Positions 40,209 to 49,370 of a stretch of 64,000 bases of DNA are shown here, in pieces. Source of the DNA: a virus (taxonomy: Duplodnaviria > Caudoviricetes); the IMG/VR virus record IMGVR_UViG_3300032030_000016; one strand, 5' to 3'. The notes under the pieces are model-generated. The model was not told the DNA's origin. It did no database searches and saw nothing but the letters and a program-made list of their open reading frames with translations. The position numbers and the translations under genes are program-made. The first letter of the stretch is position 1; every line of letters begins with the position of its first letter.

Positions 40209-41315
40209 ATGGCTTTATCTACACCTTCACTATATGCTATTCCAGCATTTGATGCAACGTTAGATTATACTGTTGCATTTTCCGTTTCTGGTGGTGATCA
40301 AGTTGTGGCAAACAGGTTGATAGTATATAGGAATAATGATATTACAACACCCATTTATAATAATGTAGTGGAATCATATAATTTTAATCATACTATTCCA
40401 GCAAATACATTAACAAATGGGATTTACTATGTTGCATACGTAAAAACATATGGAGTTAATGATGATATAACAGATGAAAGTGCTGGAAGTGCATTAAGTT
40501 CTGGTGCACCATTTTATTGTTATACCACTCCTATTCTTTTATGGGATAATGAACCAGAGGGTTCTGTAATAGATACATCCTCTTTCGTTTTTCATTTTTC
40601 ATATAGTCAAATTGAAAATGAAAGATTATATAGCTATATTATTAATTTATATGACCAAACTCAAACACTAATCAGTAGTAGTGGCACACAATATATTGCT
40701 TCTGCAACTGTAAATATTAGGTATGAAGTCACTGGTTTATTAAATTCAAATGATTATTATATAGAAGCGAATGGCGTTACTGTAAACAACACACAAATAA
40801 CAACAGGTAAAAAACATTTTTCTGTTAATTATTATGAACCATATTCAAAACAAGGCTTTCTTGCGACAAATGACCCGTGCAATGGTTGGATTACACTGAC
40901 AAATAATGTTGTTATTATAGATTCAAGTTCTTATCCTGATCCACCGAATTATGTTTATGGAAATACAGCCGTTGATATAACTGAAACGGGAAGTTATGTT
41001 AGATGGACTGGATTTACTCAATCAGATGATTTTTGCATAAGAATCTGGGGATATAATTTTACTTCTAATGAAAGAGTATTTTTCTATACGCAAGATAATA
41101 TTGCATATAATATGTCTCTGATAAGAAGAGATGGCTATGATTACGGGTCAACTGTGTTACAAAATTATTATGAATTACAAGTACAAGTAAACGATAGTCA
41201 ACCATTATTTATTTATAGTAATTATATCAATCAACCAGACGAGGGCGACCAAGTATTTATTTGCATAAAAAGAATCAGCAATATGTATAGTTTATATATA
41301 GAAAATTTGGGGTAA
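40209..41315 (+). CDS. Tail/baseplate protein (FN3-like beta domains)
   Basis: Beta-rich, VTGLLNSNDYYIE; position after the TMP. Confidence 0.55.
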   Translation: MALSTPSLYAIPAFDATLDYTVAFSVSGGDQVVANRLIVYRNNDITTPIYNNVVESYNFNHTIPANTLTNGIYYVAYVKTYGVNDDITDESAGSALSSGAPFYCYTTPILLWDNEPEGSVIDTSSFVFHFSYSQIENERLYSYIINLYDQTQTLISSSGTQYIASATVNIRYEVTGLLNSNDYYIEANGVTVNNTQITTGKKHFSVNYYEPYSKQGFLATNDPCNGWITLTNNVVIIDSSSYPDPPNYVYGNTAVDITETGSYVRWTGFTQSDDFCIRIWGYNFTSNERVFFYTQDNIAYNMSLIRRDGYDYGSTVLQNYYELQVQVNDSQPLFIYSNYINQPDEGDQVFICIKRISNMYSLYIENLG

Positions 41316-41318
41316 AAT

Positions 41319-42227
41319 ATGTTTAATATATTAGGATTTAATTTTTTATTTGATGCATATGCTCTTGATTCTCGTCCTACAAATGTTGAACCATTGACAA
41401 CTTCCGTTGTTTCAAATGGTATTTTTAATGAAGTACAAATATCTTCTCAAGTAGATGAAACAACTATTGATACTACAATTCCTACCGCTTTTGGCGCATA
41501 TGACATTTTATTATGTAACTTTAATGGAAACATTGAAGGTGGTAGTTTGGACTATTATGATTTTGATTTAATTAAAATAAAAAGAAGAATATATGGAACA
41601 TTCAATTGGATAACATTATTTGAAATTTCTGTTTCTGAAATCTCTGACATGTATTTTACAAAATATGATTGGTTTGCAAAAACAAATACAACATATGAAT
41701 ATGCTTTTGTTCCTGTAACTGGTGGAGTTGAAGGTAACTACTCAATTGTTTCTGTAGATAGTGAATTTTATAAAATATATTTATGTGATTCCACAACAAT
41801 CTATGCTCTTGATGCAGGAATTGTTTTTGGCAATATTTCAAAATCAAATAAAACAAATATTTTTGAACCTCTAATGGGTAAATATCCTATTGTTGTTTCT
41901 AATGCTGAACTCGATTATAAGAGTGGAACATTAAGCGGAACAGTTATCACACCTTCTGAAGATACGACAAAAGTATGGAATTTACAAGAGAACATTAAAT
42001 TACAAAACAATATTTTAAATTTTTTAGTAAACAAAAAAGCAAAAATTTATAAAGACTGGATGGGAAATTCATATTTAATTCTCATTGTAGAAGACGTGAA
42101 TCTTGTACCAAACAACAATATTGGTGGCAGATTAGCCGATATTGCTTTTAGTTTTGTTGAAATAGGTGATTCTGAAAATCAAGATGACCTTTATGAAAAT
42201 GGTCTTATTGATGTTCAAATAACATAA
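41319..42227 (+). CDS. Distal tail (Dit-like) protein
   Basis: IKRR, YEYAFVP, KYPIV, KAKIYKD, FVEIGD motifs. Confidence 0.6.
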   Translation: MFNILGFNFLFDAYALDSRPTNVEPLTTSVVSNGIFNEVQISSQVDETTIDTTIPTAFGAYDILLCNFNGNIEGGSLDYYDFDLIKIKRRIYGTFNWITLFEISVSEISDMYFTKYDWFAKTNTTYEYAFVPVTGGVEGNYSIVSVDSEFYKIYLCDSTTIYALDAGIVFGNISKSNKTNIFEPLMGKYPIVVSNAELDYKSGTLSGTVITPSEDTTKVWNLQENIKLQNNILNFLVNKKAKIYKDWMGNSYLILIVEDVNLVPNNNIGGRLADIAFSFVEIGDSENQDDLYENGLIDVQIT

Positions 42228-42237
42228 AGGATATAAG

Positions 42238-43746
42238 ATGGCAATAATTTCACAAGACCAATACAATGTTGTCAAACAAAGATATAGAAAAATATTAATA
42301 AAAATTAATTTACTGAATTTTAATTTTCAAGTTGTTGATTCTATTGAGGGGAATTTAACAACTGGTAGTATTACGATAAATGCCAATAGTGATATTAGAC
42401 GTTCGTGTAATATCACTATGGTTGTAAAAAATCATACATTTCAAATTAGTGCTGGTGGTCAAATTTGGCTTGATAAGTATATCCAGATTTATTATGGAAT
42501 AGTAAATAATGTAAATAATGAAGTCGTTTGGACAAATATGGGAATATTTTTAATTAATAACCCTAATCATGTTTATGATTCTGTCAACAACACAATAACA
42601 TTTCAAGGCGTTGACTTGATGGCTAAACTTACTGGCATTAGAAATGGATATTTTGAATGGTTAAATGGTGTTATTCCTCAACAAACAGATGAAGAAAATG
42701 GAACATTGAGAGATATTTTTATTGATTTGTTAGAACAAGCAGGTTTTACAAAATATAATATTGAAAATTTGGTTTATATAAATGGAGAAGTTATAAAACT
42801 TCCATATGATGTGGAAATTTCAGCGACAAGTACATTATATGACGTTTTTAATGAAATTAGAAATAATGTCCTACCAAATTATGAAATGTTTTTTGATATA
42901 GATGGTGTTTTCAATTTAAAGAAAATTTATAACTCGGCATCAGACCCAATAATTATTGATAATGATGTTTTTAATAAAACTGTCATGAATATTACGAATG
43001 ACATTAATTTTGAAAATGTTAAAAATGCTATTGAAATCTGGGGACAAACTTTAGAGCCTGTATATGGTAATCCAGTGTGCACTATTGACAGCGATTCTCA
43101 GCTTGGAGATGTTTGGTTTTGTGAAATAACAGAAATAAAAGCATTTGAAACTATACCTGAAAACAGTTATATAGGTTTTGGTATTCGTTCAAGTGTTTAT
43201 ACACAAACATCTTATCTGCATATTGATGGTTTTCAACCCTATCAAATAGTTGATGAAAATAATGATCCCGTTTATTTTGATCAACCAGAAACTGGAAGTA
43301 TTGATTATTATATAGTTGTTTTTGAATCAGAAGAAAATGGGGGGCATTTTAAATTAATTGGTAATCAACAAGTCTATTGTTACATAGAAGATGATATTCC
43401 AGAATCACCATTTTATGTAAATGGTAGCATTGGCAAAATTTTATTGCCCTTATCTGGTGGAGAATATGAAATTATACAAACAAAACAACAAGCATATGAA
43501 AGAGCTTTATATGAACTCTATAATTATGCACGAATGAATGATAGTATAAGATTAACTAGTGTAATAATACCTTGGGCTGATGTTAATCAAAAAATAGAAT
43601 ACATTAATGAAGATGCTGAAATATCTGGAATATTTATTATAAAAAACATATCAATGAATCTGGATGTTGGTGGTGTAATGACTTTAGAATGTATGAGATG
43701 GTATGATTATGAACCAGACAAATATCCATGGGAACACGATTCTTAA
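42238..43746 (+). CDS. Tail hub / baseplate (Tal-like) protein
   Basis: SDIRRSCNITM, MGIFLI, YEMFFDIDG, IPWADVNQKI. Confidence 0.65.
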   Translation: MAIISQDQYNVVKQRYRKILIKINLLNFNFQVVDSIEGNLTTGSITINANSDIRRSCNITMVVKNHTFQISAGGQIWLDKYIQIYYGIVNNVNNEVVWTNMGIFLINNPNHVYDSVNNTITFQGVDLMAKLTGIRNGYFEWLNGVIPQQTDEENGTLRDIFIDLLEQAGFTKYNIENLVYINGEVIKLPYDVEISATSTLYDVFNEIRNNVLPNYEMFFDIDGVFNLKKIYNSASDPIIIDNDVFNKTVMNITNDINFENVKNAIEIWGQTLEPVYGNPVCTIDSDSQLGDVWFCEITEIKAFETIPENSYIGFGIRSSVYTQTSYLHIDGFQPYQIVDENNDPVYFDQPETGSIDYYIVVFESEENGGHFKLIGNQQVYCYIEDDIPESPFYVNGSIGKILLPLSGGEYEIIQTKQQAYERALYELYNYARMNDSIRLTSVIIPWADVNQKIEYINEDAEISGIFIIKNISMNLDVGGVMTLECMRWYDYEPDKYPWEHDS

Positions 43747-43763
43747 AAAAAGAAAGGAAAAAA

Positions 43764-44504
43764 ATGAGTGCAACATATCCACAATATCCGCATAGCAATT
43801 TTCCAGATGATTTAGATTCTTGGGAAGATTTTCTTGATGTAGAAGCATCTGATGCAACTCTACTTACTCAATATCAGCAATATATTCTCGCTGGCGATAT
43901 GGAAAATGCTTATAATATCTATCAACAAATTAGTAATGCTGATAGAAAATTTATTGGAGCATTGGTAATGAATCAATTTGCTGATGCGATCATGTCCCTA
44001 GAACAGTTTTATAGCAATAGCGGATTTATAAATTATGTAACAGAAAAACAAGCCGAATGGCAAGTAATTATAGACAAATTTTCATATATCGGTATTTATA
44101 ATGATACAACCCAATATTATAAAAACAATATTGTTTTATATAATGCAAATGGTCAAAATTATTTATATATTAATACCTACAATGGAACAACGCCTGTTGG
44201 AACAATTCCAACTCAACCTAGTTATTGGAGAATATTGACGATTCAAGGAAATCAAGGAGAAGCAGGAAGTTCAACCACTTTTTACTTCTCTTGGGATTCT
44301 GCGACAAACTATAAAACAAATAATGTTGTTGCAGTTGGATCGTCTTTATATGTAGCTTTACAGGATAATGTTAATATATCGCCTACAGCTAATTCTACTT
44401 ATTGGCAGAGAATTTTTACAACACCACAAAAACATTATCCAATACAAGAAACACAACCACAAGATGCTTTGGTTGGAGATTTATGGTTTAGGATTGTGAC
44501 ATGA
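43764..44504 (+). CDS. Tail tip protein with carbohydrate-binding-like repeats
   Basis: YxxxxxYYKNNIVxY and WDSATNYKTNNVV modules; start 43764 after AAAGGA. Confidence 0.6.
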   Translation: MSATYPQYPHSNFPDDLDSWEDFLDVEASDATLLTQYQQYILAGDMENAYNIYQQISNADRKFIGALVMNQFADAIMSLEQFYSNSGFINYVTEKQAEWQVIIDKFSYIGIYNDTTQYYKNNIVLYNANGQNYLYINTYNGTTPVGTIPTQPSYWRILTIQGNQGEAGSSTTFYFSWDSATNYKTNNVVAVGSSLYVALQDNVNISPTANSTYWQRIFTTPQKHYPIQETQPQDALVGDLWFRIVT

Positions 44505-45226
44505 CAGATTTAAGAAGATTACAAGATGTTCAGCTCGGAGACGAGAATTTAATAGAGAATTATAGGAACTATTTTAATGATAGACAAATTGATAATGCTC
44601 ATAATTTAATAAACACAAATAAATATAAATCTTATGTTCTTCAAGCTGAATGGATGAATAATATAAAAACAAAGATAGAACAAGTTGAAGAATATAGTGA
44701 TATTGAAATAACACAAAATTTAAATAATAAAAATACAGAGTTTCAAACAAATATTGATAGATTATTATATATTCAAGAATATAATAATGTAACACAATAT
44801 TATGAAAACAATCTTGTTTCATATAATAATAACATTTATTTTTGTATAAATGATTCTTTAGGAAATCTACCAACTAATACAAACTATTGGTTAAAAATAG
44901 GATTAATAGGCGAAAAGGGTCAATATGGATTAGGAATCAATTATAGAGGATTCTGGAACTCAACTACGTCATACAATAAATATGATTTAGTTTCTTATGA
45001 AAATAATTTATATGTTGCAACCAAAAACAATGTTGGAACAACACCATCTTTTGGTAAATATCTTAATGATTCTTTATATTTAAACAGTAATTTATATTTA
45101 GGACTTGAGGATAAAACAGCAACATGGTTCTTATTGACAAGAATAGAAATTCAACCAATCTATGTTTTCCCCGCCGACTATAAACAACTTCAATTAGATT
45201 CTATCTTTTTTGCAGAGGTTCAATGA
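44501..45226 (+). CDS. Tail tip protein with carbohydrate-binding-like repeats
   Basis: YYENNLVSY, WNSTTSYNKYDLVSY modules. Confidence 0.6.
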   Translation: MTDLRRLQDVQLGDENLIENYRNYFNDRQIDNAHNLINTNKYKSYVLQAEWMNNIKTKIEQVEEYSDIEITQNLNNKNTEFQTNIDRLLYIQEYNNVTQYYENNLVSYNNNIYFCINDSLGNLPTNTNYWLKIGLIGEKGQYGLGINYRGFWNSTTSYNKYDLVSYENNLYVATKNNVGTTPSFGKYLNDSLYLNSNLYLGLEDKTATWFLLTRIEIQPIYVFPADYKQLQLDSIFFAEVQ

Positions 45227-45621
45227 CAAACTATAATATAGAAATAAGACAATTTAATGGTACCGATTATGATGTTCTTTATCCAGTAACAACAATCGGA
45301 AATATAATTGATTTAGAAAATCAATTAAATAATAGACCTATACTGACAACAACACAAGTTACTTTAACCGCTAGCGGATGGTCTGGTAATGGTTCAACAA
45401 CACCATATACACAAGATATCACAATATCTGGTGTTACAACAAGTAGTAATATAATTATCAATATTGTCCCATTATCTACAAGTTACACAGGTATTGCAAA
45501 TGAAGTAAACAATTTTCAATACATAAATTTCACAACTCCACTAAATGGCAAAGTGAGATTTACTTGTGTTGGTAGTAAGCCAACAATTGCATTAACTGTA
45601 AAAGTTTTATGTTTTCAATAA
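45223..45621 (+). CDS. Small tail fibre-like protein
   Basis: NGTDYDVLYPVT; VTLTASGWSG..PYTQDITISGVT. Confidence 0.55.
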   Translation: MTNYNIEIRQFNGTDYDVLYPVTTIGNIIDLENQLNNRPILTTTQVTLTASGWSGNGSTTPYTQDITISGVTTSSNIIINIVPLSTSYTGIANEVNNFQYINFTTPLNGKVRFTCVGSKPTIALTVKVLCFQ

Positions 45622-45638
45622 CATAAAGGAGGAATAAT

Positions 45639-46529
45639 ATGAAGTTAGCATTAATACGACCAGTAAAAAAAAGTTATGTTGTTACTTTTTCGTATAGTGA
45701 GCATGTTGCTTATGCTATTCAAAATAATCTTGGTAACACTTATCGTGGTGGTATAGATTATGTTGGATATAATGCTGATTCTAATGGAAACATACCTCTG
45801 TATTGTGCAGATAAAGGCATTGTAAACAAAATTGTTTATGATGAAAAAGGATATGGGAATTGTATAAAAGTTAAACATCAATGGGGTTATTCTATATATG
45901 CACATATGAAATATCCCCCAACTTTAGCTATTGGAACGACAGTGGATGAATTTACAATTCTTGGTTATCAGGGTCATAGTGGAAATTGTAGAGATGCAAA
46001 TGGGAATAATACAGAAGCCGCCTCACATCTCCATTTTGAAATCAGGGATTTGAATAATAATACATTTGATCCAACTCCTTACATCATAGATAGAGAAGAT
46101 TATATATTATCTCAACAAAATTTAAATTTTAATGACAACTCTATTCATGTTGGTTCTGTTGTTTGCATAAAGGATGGTGCAAAATCATACACTGGTCAAT
46201 CTTTATGGAATGGTGTATATGGTCAACCATATACCGTTGACGAGATTTATAATAACAGAGTATTATTAGATAGAGCTGGAATTTGTACACCTGTAAATAT
46301 TGATGATATTTATCTTTACGAAGCACCTAATGAACAGCATAATAATAATGGTAATAACAATCAAGTAAATAATAATGATGAATCAAATTATTACACTGTT
46401 CAAGCTGGAGATAGTTTATGGTCTATTTCGCAAAAATTTAATACAACAATTGACAATATTATGAAACTGAATCCAGAAATTACAAATGCTAATCTTATTT
46501 ATGTTGGACAAACTCTAAAAATAAAATGA
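45639..46529 (+). CDS. Endolysin: M23 peptidase plus LysM
   Basis: GIDY, GYGN, YAHM, HLHFE; C-terminal YTVQAGDSLWSISQKF...LIYVGQTLKI. Confidence 0.9.
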   Translation: MKLALIRPVKKSYVVTFSYSEHVAYAIQNNLGNTYRGGIDYVGYNADSNGNIPLYCADKGIVNKIVYDEKGYGNCIKVKHQWGYSIYAHMKYPPTLAIGTTVDEFTILGYQGHSGNCRDANGNNTEAASHLHFEIRDLNNNTFDPTPYIIDREDYILSQQNLNFNDNSIHVGSVVCIKDGAKSYTGQSLWNGVYGQPYTVDEIYNNRVLLDRAGICTPVNIDDIYLYEAPNEQHNNNGNNNQVNNNDESNYYTVQAGDSLWSISQKFNTTIDNIMKLNPEITNANLIYVGQTLKIK

Positions 46530-46607
46530 TACTTTTATTTAAAATATTGCATTTTAAAAGTGCAGTACTACTGCACTTTTTTTATGTAATATTACAATAA
46601 AAATGAT
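46521..46607 (+). promoter_or_regulatory. Copy B of the 87-bp repeated regulatory element, with 12-bp inverted repeat
   Basis: ATAAAA-N6-TTTTAT 46521-46538; aaaagtgcagta-c-tactgcactttt 46556-46580. Confidence 0.7.
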
Positions 46608-46660
46608 GTTTTTAGGTATTTTTTGTATTTTTACATAAAAAGAACAAAAAATGAGGTTTT

Positions 46661-47215
46661 ATGAAATATTTTGATGATATTATCCCCGATATTCAAAAAG
46701 ATTGTGATAAAATAGCAAAAGCATTTGATGAAACAGTTGCAAATGATTTTTATAAAAGATTAAAAGAAGAAGCGAGAAACTGGTATAAATCTCACTCTCC
46801 TGCAACAAATATGTATAAAAGAACTATGCAGTTGTTAGATAGAGCACCATATCTTGAAAAATTAAGTGACTATGAATACCGTGTTTCTTTATCTCCAGAA
46901 AAACTGTGGCAACATCCTTGGGTTCATGGTAAAAACACAAGAATTGGTTCATATGAAAGTGTAGATGGGGATGATATGAGAAATCAAGTTCTAATATGGG
47001 AAGAAGAAGGAAGAAGCCCATTTGCACAATATGGATATAAAAAAGGTGAAGGAATTTTTGGTACTGCTATCTATTATTTTTTTGAAGATATTGATGGATT
47101 AGAAATTCGTGTTCCGAAAATTTCTTTACCTGATGAAATAAAAAACGATTTAATTACTTTAATGAAAAAAAATCTAAAAACAGAAATAGAAAAACAATAT
47201 AAAGACTTTTTATAA
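46661..47215 (+). CDS. Putative virion neck/tail component (HK97 gp10-like)
   Basis: YKRTMQL motif; weak call. Confidence 0.4.
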   Translation: MKYFDDIIPDIQKDCDKIAKAFDETVANDFYKRLKEEARNWYKSHSPATNMYKRTMQLLDRAPYLEKLSDYEYRVSLSPEKLWQHPWVHGKNTRIGSYESVDGDDMRNQVLIWEEEGRSPFAQYGYKKGEGIFGTAIYYFFEDIDGLEIRVPKISLPDEIKNDLITLMKKNLKTEIEKQYKDFL

Positions 47216-47290
47216 TAAGTGTAAATATAAAATTACACTTATTTTTTTTCGTTTTATAAAAATATTGATAAAAATAATTTTTAAAAACCC

Positions 47291-47318
47291 TTGACAATTC
47301 GTTAATTAATGATATAAT
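47291..47318 (+). promoter_or_regulatory. SigmaA-type promoter with extended -10
   Basis: TTGACA-N16-TATAAT, TGn before -10. Confidence 0.7.
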
Positions 47319-47633
47319 ACTTGACATGATACAGTATAATCCTGCTGGTCTAGCGAAAAAAAATAATAAATAAAAATTATTTTCTTTCAAAGATATAAAA
47401 AATATTATATGATTTATAAAAACAAAAAAACTTATATTAGGTAATAAGTCATAAAGATAATATAAGAGTTTAAACAAAACATATAATATATCCTTTTTTG
47501 AACAATAAATCATAAAATCAAAAATGAGACCAAAAGAAAATCTCGCCCGCAAGGGCGAAAAAATCATCCTTGGGGGAGATTTTGAGGGGGCCTCAACACT
47601 TTCTTTATGAAAAATATAAAAACTTGGTGATAT

Positions 47634-48158
47634 ATGGAAATAAAAATTATAAGATACCCAAAAGAAGAAGATTGGAAAAGAGCTTTGCTTTTAGCTCGTG
47701 AAACTCAAGGAAAAGAGGGTGAATTAACCCCCTCTTTTGAATGGAGAAAAAAACTTATTAATAGTGAACATTCCCCATTAAGAACAATAATGTTTACTAT
47801 TGAAATGAAAGACATACCTTATTATAACAGTGTTCATTTTGTGAGACACAAATTTGGCGTTGAACATTATGTAAAAAGTCAACGTTCTAACATTGATAGA
47901 GGTCTTGAACCACAAAATGCTCTTGTGAATCATATTATGGATATTAATGCACAAGCATTAATATTTATGGCAAGAAAAAGAATGTGCTATAAGGCAGATG
48001 AAACAACAAGACATATCATGAATATGATTGTTGCTGAAATTATAAAACTTTGTCCAGAATTTTCTCAATTTCTTGTTCCTGAATGTGTTTATAGAGGTGG
48101 TATTTGTCATGAATTTAAACCTTGTGGAAAAATGAAATTAAAATCTATTGACAATTAA
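47634..48158 (+). CDS. thyX: ThyX-like flavin-dependent thymidylate synthase family protein (short form)
   Basis: EHSPLR, HFVRH, SQR, PECVYRG motifs. Confidence 0.7.
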   Translation: MEIKIIRYPKEEDWKRALLLARETQGKEGELTPSFEWRKKLINSEHSPLRTIMFTIEMKDIPYYNSVHFVRHKFGVEHYVKSQRSNIDRGLEPQNALVNHIMDINAQALIFMARKRMCYKADETTRHIMNMIVAEIIKLCPEFSQFLVPECVYRGGICHEFKPCGKMKLKSIDN

Positions 48159-48176
48159 TAAAAAATAATGTATAAT
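48148..48176 (+). promoter_or_regulatory. SigmaA-type promoter
   Basis: TTGACA-N17-TATAAT. Confidence 0.85.
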
Positions 48177-48230
48177 AATTATAAAAATAAAGTCAAATCA
48201 AAATTTGTATGAAAGGAAATATAATTATAA

Positions 48231-49358
48231 ATGAATACTTTTAATGCCATTGGTTATTTTAAAGGTTCAAATAATGCAAGTTTAGTTCAGCATTATCCAT
48301 CTAAAACTGGTAATGGTGAATTTTTAAAACTTAGCTTTGGTGTATCTATTCCTGAAAAAAATCAAACAACATTTGTAACTCTTTTGGGAAATGTTCAACC
48401 AGTAATTCACGCTCAATCTGCCGTATCAAAAGGTGAACAAATTGAGATAAAGTGGGAAGATAGAATGAAAAAAGAATCACTTGATTCTGTTGCTCAATTT
48501 GCTAAATATACATTCTCATATCCATCAGAAAACGGAAGAGTTTATGAAGAATTTATTTCTGCTTATGATATGATTCTTTTTGCAGAAAAATACTTCGATA
48601 AATATGTTTTAGAAAAGAAAATGCCAATGCGTGTTTATGGTCGTTTTACACGCAATCCTTATGATAATGGAACAACTGTTAAAACATACAATCAATTTAA
48701 TATTCAAAGTATTTATATTTATGATGAAGATGCAAAAATTGATTGTGGTACAATTGTAAAAGCTGAAATTATTTATAATAAAGATTCTTTGATAATGGAT
48801 AAAGAAAAAAATCGTTATCTTATTTCGGCTTATACAAATGAATACATTAATAAAGCTATTGGACAAAAATATGTGCCATTTTGTCCTGTTTATGACGCAA
48901 GAAAAATTATGGATTACATCTCAAAAGGTGGAGAAAATATTGAACAACTTAAGCGCATTCATGAATCTATGATGAATTATCTGCATGATAAACTTCCTGA
49001 TGATGGTACATTTGTGACAATGATGTATGAATTTCTTTACATTCGTTGTGCAGAGGAAGTTGAAATTGATGAAAGTATGCTTACTGCGGCTCAACTTGAA
49101 GAAATTGCTCTTGGCGAACGAACTATTGAAGACTATAAAACTCGTGCTGTTGGCGAAACAGTTGAAGAACTGCGTTTCTATAAAAAGGTTTTAAATGGAA
49201 AATATTCTAATGGTATTGTTATGACAGCAGTTTCGCCACATGATATTGAGAACGAAATTTATCTTGGCAAAAATGTCGCAACTGAACGTCAATATCTTAA
49301 TGATGATGAAAAGACAACTAAAGAGAATAATTTGTTAGATGAATTATTTAATATCTAA
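48231..49358 (+). CDS. Putative single-stranded DNA-binding protein (YorF-like position)
   Basis: FISAYD motif, acidic LDELF tail; first gene of the replication operon. Confidence 0.55.
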   Translation: MNTFNAIGYFKGSNNASLVQHYPSKTGNGEFLKLSFGVSIPEKNQTTFVTLLGNVQPVIHAQSAVSKGEQIEIKWEDRMKKESLDSVAQFAKYTFSYPSENGRVYEEFISAYDMILFAEKYFDKYVLEKKMPMRVYGRFTRNPYDNGTTVKTYNQFNIQSIYIYDEDAKIDCGTIVKAEIIYNKDSLIMDKEKNRYLISAYTNEYINKAIGQKYVPFCPVYDARKIMDYISKGGENIEQLKRIHESMMNYLHDKLPDDGTFVTMMYEFLYIRCAEEVEIDESMLTAAQLEEIALGERTIEDYKTRAVGETVEELRFYKKVLNGKYSNGIVMTAVSPHDIENEIYLGKNVATERQYLNDDEKTTKENNLLDELFNI

Positions 49359-49370
49359 AAAGGAAATTTT

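Noticed and set aside
39634-45621. Second DGR target among the tail tip genes
   Set aside because: No TR-like sequence noticed by eye at these C-termini; a BLASTN of the TR against the full genome is needed to exclude remote targets.
47321-47340. Second TTGACA...TATAAT pair
   Set aside because: The spacer is only 8 bp, incompatible with sigmaA recognition.
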